Shown one piece after another: positions 6,871-13,534 of a DNA stretch of 13,534 bases. The DNA comes from an uncultured Methanosarcinaceae archaeon (GTDB taxonomy: Archaea > Halobacteriota > Methanosarcinia > Methanosarcinales > Methanosarcinaceae). Every line of letters starts with the position of its first letter. Positions within the stretch are counted from its first letter, which is position 1. The position numbers and the translations under genes are program-made. The notes beneath the pieces are model-generated. The model did no database searches. It worked only from the letters and a program-made list of their open reading frames with translations, and had not been told where the DNA came from. The stretch spans positions 1-13,534 of the forward strand of contig CAVRJG010000022.1 in the NCBI GenBank assembly GCA_963721455.1, written 5' to 3'.

Positions 6871-7152
6871 TTAATCCAGAGGCACATAGTTTGCCTCGAT
6901 AACTTCACCCTCTTTCATTTCCCTTTCTCTTCTGAAAAAGTTCTTTGTTGTAAATACTATCCATCTCCAGTGGAGTGCAATGTGGACAACAAAGAAGACC
7001 AGCATCAGGATTCCAACTTTATCGTGGATCAACCTCAAGATCGGGCCTGTAGCACGGTGGTTAAAATACATTACAAGACCTGAATAACCTACTAAGGCAA
7101 ATTGAACGAAGAGTGCTAAATCCACGAGATAATTGAGTTTTATTCTTTTCAT
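6871..7152 (-). CDS. DUF4405 family small membrane protein (cytochrome b-like His pattern)
   Basis: Likely start ATG 7152 (MKRIKLNYLVDLALF..SGLV). The LIHDKVGILMLVFFVVHIALHWRWI segment is the characteristic H-x13-H-x3-HW motif of DUF4405. Confidence 0.85.
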   Translation of the reverse strand: MKRIKLNYLVDLALFVQFALVGYSGLVMYFNHRATGPILRLIHDKVGILMLVFFVVHIALHWRWIVFTTKNFFRREREMKEGEVIEANYVPLD

Positions 7153-7320
7153 TTCTTCACTCCATTTTAACATTTACATCTATATTTTTGTAACATTATC
7201 AATTTCAGTTCATTTGATTGAGTTTCATTTGATTGAGTTCTGCTTTATGAGCCATTTACCATCGCAGTTATGCTGTTCTCCAGTTGACTGCTGTACATCC
7301 CCTTAATTGCCAGAAAAAGA

Positions 7321-7429
7321 AATAAAGATACTTGCAAAAAAAGTGACAAATATAGATTTATTTTAAATTTAAAGTTATTTTAAAGCTTTTTTTTCAGAAA
7401 TAATGTTTTATAAATGCATTTAATACTTA
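7321..7429 (-). promoter_or_regulatory. Weaker candidate copy of the shared promoter (for DUF4405)
   Basis: The minus strand has TAAGTATTAAA (7429-7419), AAAGCTT (from 7389) and AAGTATCTTTATTT (from 7333). The identical 11-mer lies 96 bp before AAGTAT both here and at 2540/2444. Confidence 0.4.
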
Positions 7430-7559
7430 ATCGGGCTGTTTTTGTGCCTTAGTTTCACGAGAATTTATAAAAACCGAATTTTCAAGATCATATCCACAAC
7501 ATTACTCCGTTTTTTCTTAAAAACGAAATTAAATACCAAAGGGTAGTAAGAAGTGATCG

Positions 7560-7917
7560 GACGATATTGGAGCAGAAACTGCGTCAACTGTAATCGCAAA
7601 TAGGCTGAATGTAGACATATTTCACAAAGCGAGAATTTCTGCCAGTTAAAGATTCTAAACTCGGTAGAAGCCGGAAACAGTAGATACGGATGCCCAAAGA
7701 TCAGCAGCATCCCTTTTTTTCTTTCATACTTCTGGCAGATTCAGAATAGAATAAAATGGCCGGTTTATTACACAAACAGTACTAAGTTTGAATGGCGGGA
7801 CTAAAACAGGGATATAAGTCTGGTTTTGTCGAAGGAAACAGCTCTTATGGAAGGCCTGAAGACCCTTTTGAGAAAACACCAAAGTGAATAATACTTTACC
7901 GGGATTCCATTTACCTT
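7560..7917 (+). pseudogene. Decayed gene relic, tentatively restriction-endonuclease-like
   Basis: The start-less open frame 7604-7804 reads ...VEAGNSRYGCPKISSIPFFLSYFWQIQNRIKWPVYYTNS..., which is strongly protein-like. Adjacent frames give DDIGAETASTVIANRLNVDIF and a broken LP(D)S(Y)LP. The family assignment is from recollection only and is unverified. Confidence 0.5.
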
Positions 7918-7929
7918 TTAGAGAGCGAT

Positions 7930-8028
7930 TAAAGAGTGAATTATCTAAATAACGTATAGAAAAGCTTCATTGGTAAATTAATTCCTTAGATTTCCTGTTT
8001 TTAGCTAAGTATGCTTTTATTATTAAAT
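7930..8028 (+). promoter_or_regulatory. Shared promoter/operator copy 3 (for the ABC operon)
   Basis: TAAGTATGCTTTTATTATTAAAT (8006-8028) matches 3534-3556 at 22/23. TGGTAAATTAATTCCTT (7971-7987) matches 3500-3516 at 15/17. AAAGC is at 7961. Confidence 0.75.
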
Positions 8029-8067
8029 GCCAATGAAGGGGATGACTGCCTACTCCTGAGAAGCTGG

Positions 8068-8385
8068 CAGATAAGGCATCCTCAGATAAGGCGTCCTGCA
8101 TCTGACAGGTGCCTTAATTCTGTATGGCTCGATGGGAATGGAATATGTAGAAACAGGATTCCTCGCCACTTTATAGGGATCCTTTAATCGATACTCAGGT
8201 TTTCCCATTTGAAGAACGAAAGAAGGAAGCAGTCAAAATCTACACTCCAGAAAACGAGGCACTGTGCATCTTGCAGGTGCCTCAAAAAACGCGGATCAGC
8301 TATCAACCTGATCAACTATCAACCTGTTATCAATCCCGTAATTCAATGAAGACAATCAAATAACAGTAAGTCAAATGACAGTAAT
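8068..8385 (+). repeat. Cluster of short tandem duplications and two related hairpins in the ABC operon leader
   Basis: CAGATAAGGC(A/G)TCCT x2 (8068-8097); hairpins at 8087-8116 and 8256-8283; GATCA(G/A)CTATCAACCT x2 (from 8294); TCAAAT(A/G)ACAGTAA x2 (from 8356). Confidence 0.75.
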
Positions 8386-8495
8386 AAAAAATTTAGATTT
8401 AATCTTTAGATTAGATGTTTCAGACAGAGTACGAACAAAAAGCAAACTTATTCAGGCAACCCTGAAGAGGCGCTGACATGATTTAGAGGGTATGT

Positions 8496-9416
8496 ATGAC
8501 ATTTACCGAGATTATAGAGACATTTAAAACGAAATTAAATCCCTCATATATTCTGAATTCGCTCGAGAAAGCAGCAGATTTCTACAGTGACTCGGAAGAC
8601 GATTCCGAGAAGAATGATCTAGGGGAGAATCTAAAAAACAATCCATACAGCAGTTCAGTCAGTGATTTCGTTAAAAGTTCTGACGCAGAAAATATCTCCA
8701 GGAACGGAAAAGTTCCATTTATCAAACTGACCGATGTATGGAAAACCTACCAGATGGGGGAGGTAGAATTTGCAGCCCTCAAGGGGATAAATCTTGAGAT
8801 TTATGAAGGGGAGTTCCTTGTAGTCCTTGGACCCAGCGGAAGCGGAAAAAGTACACTTATGAACCTGCTCGGCTGCCTTGATTTGCCCTCAAAAGGCACA
8901 GTCTTCCTGAACTCAAGCGATATCTCAGAACTTGACGAGTCCGAGCTTGCCAGGATCCGGGGCCAGATGATAGGATTCATTTTCCAGAGCTTCAATCTTA
9001 TTCCAACCCTGAACACCCAGGAAAACGTTCTGTTGCCCCTGGAATTTCAGGAAGAAGATGCACAAAAAGCCCGAAAAAAAGCTGCATACCTGCTTGATAT
9101 AGTAGGACTCTCGGACAAGAGACATAACCTTCCTTCCCAGCTCTCAGGCGGGCAGAGGCAGAGAGTTGCAATAGCCCGCTCTCTTGCAGTGAACCCGCCT
9201 ATAATCCTTGCAGACGAGCCTACCGGAAACCTGGACAGCAAGACCGGGAATTATATTCTGGATTTTCTGGACGGATTGAACAAAAAAGAAGGCAAAACAA
9301 TCATTATTGTGACCCATGACCTCGAAATTGTAAAGTATGCGACAAGAATTGTGTACATCAGGGATGGGCAAATAGAAAAAATCGAAGAAAGCAAGAAAAA
9401 CAAACCGGAGGAATAA
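8496..9416 (+). CDS. ABC transporter ATP-binding protein, LolD/MacB family, with ~70-aa N-terminal extension
   Basis: Walker [11 protein letters not shown]-loop [10 protein letters not shown], signature [13 protein letters not shown], Walker [13 protein letters not shown] and H-loop VTHD. Confidence 0.96.
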   Translation: MTFTEIIETFKTKLNPSYILNSLEKAADFYSDSEDDSEKNDLGENLKNNPYSSSVSDFVKSSDAENISRNGKVPFIKLTDVWKTYQMGEVEFAALKGINLEIYEGEFLVVLGPSGSGKSTLMNLLGCLDLPSKGTVFLNSSDISELDESELARIRGQMIGFIFQSFNLIPTLNTQENVLLPLEFQEEDAQKARKKAAYLLDIVGLSDKRHNLPSQLSGGQRQRVAIARSLAVNPPIILADEPTGNLDSKTGNYILDFLDGLNKKEGKTIIIVTHDLEIVKYATRIVYIRDGQIEKIEESKKNKPEE

Positions 9417-9417
9417 A

Positions 9418-10809
9418 ATGAAAAAATTTTCCTTGCTAACGCTCTTGCTCATATTTTCATCAGTTATGGTGCTGGGAGCAGGAACAGCTTATGCTGCAAG
9501 CGGATTGATAGACTCCTCGTCTGTTCAGGTAAACATGACTAACCAGAATCCCGATGCTGCACGTCCAGGGGAACCGGTTGAACTTACTGTCAGCGTGCAG
9601 AATGTAGGAAACAATGACCTGAAAGATATTAAGGTCGCAATCGAACCCGGATACCCTTTCAGTGAAGTTTCCGGAGAAACTCTTGAAAAGCAGGTATCTT
9701 ACCTGAATGCACGGCAGGATGATAATGATGCAGCTGTCCTTAAATTCAAGCTCATGACTGATTCCAATGCTTCCGAAGGCACATATGACGTCAACATCGT
9801 CACAACCGCCAGAGAGGACGGCTCATCATCAAAGACAGTAACTACAACAAAAACCATCCAGCTCGAAATAAGGGGTAAAGAGTACGCGCAGATTGTTACC
9901 ATAAACAAAGCAAATATTGACGTGGTGACGGAAGAGTCTCTGGAATTTATCATAACGAACACAGGAAATTCACCCCTGAAAAATATGGTTATTTCCTGGA
10001 AAGATCCCAAAGGTGTTATCCTCCCGGTCTACTCGGACAATACAAAGTACATTAAGTACCTGGAAGCCGGTCAATCCGTGACAGTTGCTTACTCTGTCAT
10101 GGCAGATGTAAACGCCAATCCCGGGCTCTATACTCTTGATATAAACCTTAGCTTTGAAGACTATGAATCAAATACAAAAAATATCCAGACAACAGCAGGA
10201 CTTTTCGTAGGTGGGGCAACTGACTTCGATGTTTCCTTTTCTGAAAGCTCCGCAGGAGCGACCTCTCTTTCAGTCGCAAACGTGGGCAATAACATGGCAT
10301 ATTCGGTAAAAGTATCGGTTCCGGATCAAGATGATTACAAGGTATCAGGAAGTTCTTCGACTATTGTGGGAAATCTTGAGAAAGGAGACTATACAATCGC
10401 TTCTTTTGATGTTGCGAGCACACAGGCTGCAGGAGGGAGTGCAGGAGAAGTGTCAGGTACCGCAAAAGCCAGTGCTGTAGCCGGAGACAATGCAAGTTCT
10501 GTTTCAAAGGATACCAATCCACTAAAAGTCCAGATCGAATATACGGATGCGAGAGGAGAAAGAATAACAGTCGATAAGGATGTGGCAGTCCAGATGTCCG
10601 CACCTGCAGGAACTGGCACTGAAAGCGGATCAAGAGCAACAGGTAACAGCAGTGGTCTCAGTTCATACCTGCTGTATATTGTGGTATTAGTGCTTGCCGG
10701 AGCAGGAGTATTCGTGTACCGCAAGAAAAAACAGGCAAGGAACGAGAAACAATTCGGAGATAAAAAGCCTGAAGACCAGAAGCACGGCTCCGGGACAATA
10801 AGAGACTGA
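9418..10809 (+). CDS. COG1361 S-layer-family / Ig-like surface protein with C-terminal membrane anchor
   Basis: Signal peptide; QNPDAARPGEPVELTVSVQNVG, ITNTGNSPLKN and SVANVGNNMAYSV beta-sandwich motifs; C-terminal TM YLLYIVVLVLAGAGVFVY followed by RKKK. It starts 1 bp after the ATPase stop. Confidence 0.88.
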   Translation: MKKFSLLTLLLIFSSVMVLGAGTAYAASGLIDSSSVQVNMTNQNPDAARPGEPVELTVSVQNVGNNDLKDIKVAIEPGYPFSEVSGETLEKQVSYLNARQDDNDAAVLKFKLMTDSNASEGTYDVNIVTTAREDGSSSKTVTTTKTIQLEIRGKEYAQIVTINKANIDVVTEESLEFIITNTGNSPLKNMVISWKDPKGVILPVYSDNTKYIKYLEAGQSVTVAYSVMADVNANPGLYTLDINLSFEDYESNTKNIQTTAGLFVGGATDFDVSFSESSAGATSLSVANVGNNMAYSVKVSVPDQDDYKVSGSSSTIVGNLEKGDYTIASFDVASTQAAGGSAGEVSGTAKASAVAGDNASSVSKDTNPLKVQIEYTDARGERITVDKDVAVQMSAPAGTGTESGSRATGNSSGLSSYLLYIVVLVLAGAGVFVYRKKKQARNEKQFGDKKPEDQKHGSGTIRD

Positions 10810-10845
10810 AAAGAGCAATTTCCATAGAGAACGGAAGGATGCAAG

Positions 10846-12087
10846 ATGAGAAACTCAACCTACCTGAAAATGGCCCTTAACATGCTTCTTCACAGCAAAC
10901 TCCGAAGCTGGTTGACCATTATCGGGATAGTTATAGGGGTCGGATCTGTTGTTGGCATCCTCTCCCTCGGGGACGCCATGCAGGAACAGGTTCAGAGCAG
11001 GCTTGCCGAGATGGACCTGACAAAAATAGCCATAACTCCAGGGTATACTAAGGCAATGTCAAGTATGCACGGGCCCGGAGAAGGAAGAGGCGGTACGACT
11101 ACGGATGTCGAATTGACAGATGATGATATTGATGCACTCCAGGGCATAGAAGGTATACAGTATATATCCGGTGAGATTTCCGGCAGTGAAGAAGTGGATT
11201 ATGCAGGGGAAAATGCGACTCTTTCAATTACAGGTGTAGACCCTCAGGTCTGGAAATACATGACTACTCTGGAGACGCAATCCGGAAGATTGCTCGAGCC
11301 TGCTGACAAAAACGTCGCTGTCATAGGGAGCGGCGTTGCCAGTGAAATTTATGACCAGGACATAGGGATCAACCAGGTAGTAACAATAAACGGTAAATCG
11401 GTGCGCATTGTCGGAATCCTCGCAGAAGAAGGCGGGCATGGTGACAGAAGCATCTACATGCCGATAAATGTGGCAGTGAACCTGATTACAGATGCAAAAA
11501 AAGATGTCTTTGATACTATCACAGTAAAAGCCAAGAGTGAGGATCTGGTGGACACAGTGATGGAAGATATCACAGATAAGCTCATGATATCCAGGCACAT
11601 TGTCCGGGAAGATGACGTGGACTTTTCCGTGACAGCTTCAAAGTCCATGGCTGAGTCAGTTACCGAAATGACCTCTTCGATGACCCTTTTCCTGGGAGCC
11701 ATTGCAGCCGTGTCCCTGCTGGTAGGAGCTGTGGGTATTGCAAACACTATGTTTACCTCGGTCCTTGAAAAGACGAAGGAAATAGGCACTATGAAAGCCA
11801 TAGGAGCAAAAAACAGGGATATTCTTATGATCTTCCTCTTTAATTCCGCAATGGTCGGTTTTGTTGGCGGTATCTTTGGAGTCATGCTGGGAGCTCTTGT
11901 TTCAGCTCTGTTCCCAATGCTTGGCGTGACTCTGATGAGATCAGGGGGTGGAACAAGCATATCACTTTCTCCTCACCTGATGGTCCTGGGGCTTGGCCTG
12001 GCAGTTATGATAGGCGTGATCTCAGGAGTGGTCCCTGCATACAGGGCATCGAAACTGAAGCCTGTAGATGCCTTGAGGTACGAATAA
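10846..12087 (+). CDS. ABC transporter permease, MacB/FtsX family
   Basis: KLRSWLTIIGIVIGVGSVV TM1, a large extracytoplasmic domain, IAAVSLLVGAVGIANTMFTSVLEKTKEIGTMKAIGA, and C-terminal PAYRASKLKPVDALRYE. Confidence 0.96.
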   Translation: MRNSTYLKMALNMLLHSKLRSWLTIIGIVIGVGSVVGILSLGDAMQEQVQSRLAEMDLTKIAITPGYTKAMSSMHGPGEGRGGTTTDVELTDDDIDALQGIEGIQYISGEISGSEEVDYAGENATLSITGVDPQVWKYMTTLETQSGRLLEPADKNVAVIGSGVASEIYDQDIGINQVVTINGKSVRIVGILAEEGGHGDRSIYMPINVAVNLITDAKKDVFDTITVKAKSEDLVDTVMEDITDKLMISRHIVREDDVDFSVTASKSMAESVTEMTSSMTLFLGAIAAVSLLVGAVGIANTMFTSVLEKTKEIGTMKAIGAKNRDILMIFLFNSAMVGFVGGIFGVMLGALVSALFPMLGVTLMRSGGGTSISLSPHLMVLGLGLAVMIGVISGVVPAYRASKLKPVDALRYE

Positions 12088-12164
12088 CCGAGAAGTTACC
12101 CTCAAGTTTGATTAAAATATTTCAACTTTAAGAGACCTGTAAATCACAAGGGGAAAAAGCACAC

Positions 12165-12295
12165 TCAGAAGTTCTCGTTCCGGCTTTTCAGAGGGATCGA
12201 AAACTCGAAGGTGCTCCTCTCCATGTTTTATTTTTGAATTGGACATTACCTCTGTGGAGCCGCACAATTTCTTTTACCGGAGCCAGGCCAAAAGT
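12165..12295 (-). pseudogene. C-terminal relic of a sensor histidine kinase (HATPase_c G2 box to end)
   Basis: The minus strand reads FGLAPVKEIVRLHRGNVQFKNK and, after a frameshift near 12215-12225, STFEFSIPLKSRNENF*. This matches the canonical GLGLAIVKEIVELHGGxIxVxSxxGxGSTFxFxIP. Confidence 0.75.
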
Positions 12296-12710
12296 GATGT
12301 GATCCGGTTCAAACTTTCCGGTTTTACTTTTAACTCGACCGCAGACCTGATTAGATGTCTCTATTTTTTTGTGGTTGTGTGTGAAAAAATGGGCGAGTTC
12401 AGAGCAAAATTTATTTCGCATCTTTCCTATAAAAATGTGAATTATATCTGGCAATTAGAAGTGTTATTTATCCCGTGCTGCGGCTTAAATCCTGGAAAAT
12501 CAGGCCATCTTATGGAATTTTTATAGTATTTATTTTTTTTGGGAGACGCCCGCACCAAAATTGATATTTTATATATAACCTCCTTTTTATTTTTTAGGCT
12601 AGGCAAAGGAAGCATAAATGGGGCATACATGTAAATATGACTTATAAAAAATATATCCAATATACATATCGTAGGCAGGGGTTTTCGGGTTGATTTATAA
12701 GAAAATACCA

Positions 12711-13349
12711 ATGCAAATGTATGAAGGCTTCCACAGGATGTTCAGTGGAAGCAATCAAAATACTTTTAACATCTGCAGGGAATGCGGGGGAGCGTGCGAG
12801 CATAATAAGATAGGAACTCTGCTTCCTGGGGAAGAAGAGTATATGGCAGAGAAAATGGGTATAAGCGTTTCGGATTTCAAAGTTCGCTACCTGGATGTTC
12901 TGAAAATGGATGACGGAACTCTAATACACGTATTAAAATTAGGAAAGTTGTGCCCCTTTTTAAATGAAGAAAATGACGAATGTAAGTGTCGGGATTTTAA
13001 GCCGATATTTTGTAAGATCTATCCTGTTATTTTTACGCTTGAAGATGAAAAAATAAATTTCATAATAGATGACTGGTGTAAGTTATCGAGAAAGAAAGCG
13101 TGCAGGATGTATTTTGAGACCGCTATACCTCTTTTATCAAGCCTTTCAATTCCGATAGAATGGTTAAGGTATGTAGTTAGCTACGATAACCTCTGCTTTG
13201 ACTACGACCAGCTGGAAAGACACAGGAACGGAAAAAACAGGTATGCGGTTTTTTCGCTTGAAGAACTGCTGAGTTTACAGAAAGCCGAGATGGAAACTGC
13301 CATCTTATGTATCGATTTCGGTCAGAGGGTTGAAGAGCCCGCCTTTTAA
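12711..13349 (+). CDS. YkgJ family cysteine-cluster (zinc/iron-chelating, CxxCxxCC-like) protein
   Basis: CRECGGACEH ... CPFLNEENDECKCRDFKPIFCKIYP ... DWC. The start is probably ATG 12711 or 12717 rather than TTG 12690. Confidence 0.85.
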   Translation: MQMYEGFHRMFSGSNQNTFNICRECGGACEHNKIGTLLPGEEEYMAEKMGISVSDFKVRYLDVLKMDDGTLIHVLKLGKLCPFLNEENDECKCRDFKPIFCKIYPVIFTLEDEKINFIIDDWCKLSRKKACRMYFETAIPLLSSLSIPIEWLRYVVSYDNLCFDYDQLERHRNGKNRYAVFSLEELLSLQKAEMETAILCIDFGQRVEEPAF

Positions 13350-13380
13350 CTTCACACAGAAAAAAAGATCTTATTTCGAG

Positions 13381-13412
13381 TGCCAGCAGGGATCTGAATT
13401 TACTTGCTGGCA
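13381..13412. terminator. Inverted repeat downstream of the YkgJ gene
   Basis: TGCCAGCA (13381-13388) pairs with TGCTGGCA (13405-13412). Confidence 0.35.
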
Positions 13413-13534
13413 GAACAATAAATGACTTCAACTGCAGTGGAATATCTTGAAAAAATATTTTGGGAATAACACTTTTTACTATCTGAAGTTTCGAATGCTC
13501 TTCCCCTGTTTGACTCACCTGAAGATTTTAATTC
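13400..13534 (-). CDS. Possible 3' end of a gene entering from the right edge
   Basis: The frame is open for 45 codons from the window edge to TAA (ELKSSGESNRGRAFETSDSKKCYSQNIFSRYSTAVEVIYCSASK*). No recognisable motif. Confidence 0.2.
   Translation of the reverse strand, partial: ELKSSGESNRGRAFETSDSKKCYSQNIFSRYSTAVEVIYCSASK

Noticed and set aside
7465-7710. 81-aa minus-strand ORF
   Set aside because: It has no recognisable motif, and the opposite strand carries a more protein-like relic.
355-11960. Remaining short ORFs overlapping major genes (e.g. 355..552, 1399..1779, 6236..6646, 9699..10010, 10389..10844, 11454..11960)
   Set aside because: These are alternate-frame or antisense shadows of well-supported genes.
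12188-12711. ORFs 12188..12454, 12239..12526 and 12442..12711 as intact genes
   Set aside because: They have weak starts and no coherent domain. Only the 3' part of 12188..12454 is meaningful, as a kinase relic.
13177-13518. 113-aa minus-strand ORF
   Set aside because: It overlaps the YkgJ gene antisense by ~170 bp and has no motif.

Overview
Archaeal DNA, most likely Methanosarcina. This is inferred from the gene families, the archaeal BRE/TATA-like promoters and the long AT-rich intergenic regions; no database was searched. The core (about 1.4-12.1 kb) is an envelope-associated cluster. It contains a secreted helical-repeat protein with Met/His/Cys motifs, a secreted Trp-heptad protein interrupted by an amber codon and slipped repeats, an ArsR-like HTH regulator and a His-rich lipoprotein. 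It also contains a type-I membrane protein with an extracellular beta domain and a cytoplasmic winged HTH, a DUF4405 membrane protein, and a MacB/LolCDE-type ABC operon (ATPase, COG1361 S-layer-type anchored protein, permease). At least three of these transcription units share a conserved ~70-90 bp promoter/operator architecture (AAAGC...TAAATTWAWT...AAGTATGCTTWTAT). This suggests a co-regulated archaeal envelope/metal-stress regulon, possibly driven by the membrane-tethered wHTH protein. The flanks show genome turnover: a TauE pseudogene before an AT-rich half-size TauE, a 118-bp MITE with a 5-bp target duplication nested in an IS630 remnant, a second partial MITE copy, and two decayed gene relics absent from or misframed in the ORF track. 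A YkgJ-type cysteine-cluster gene lies near the right end.
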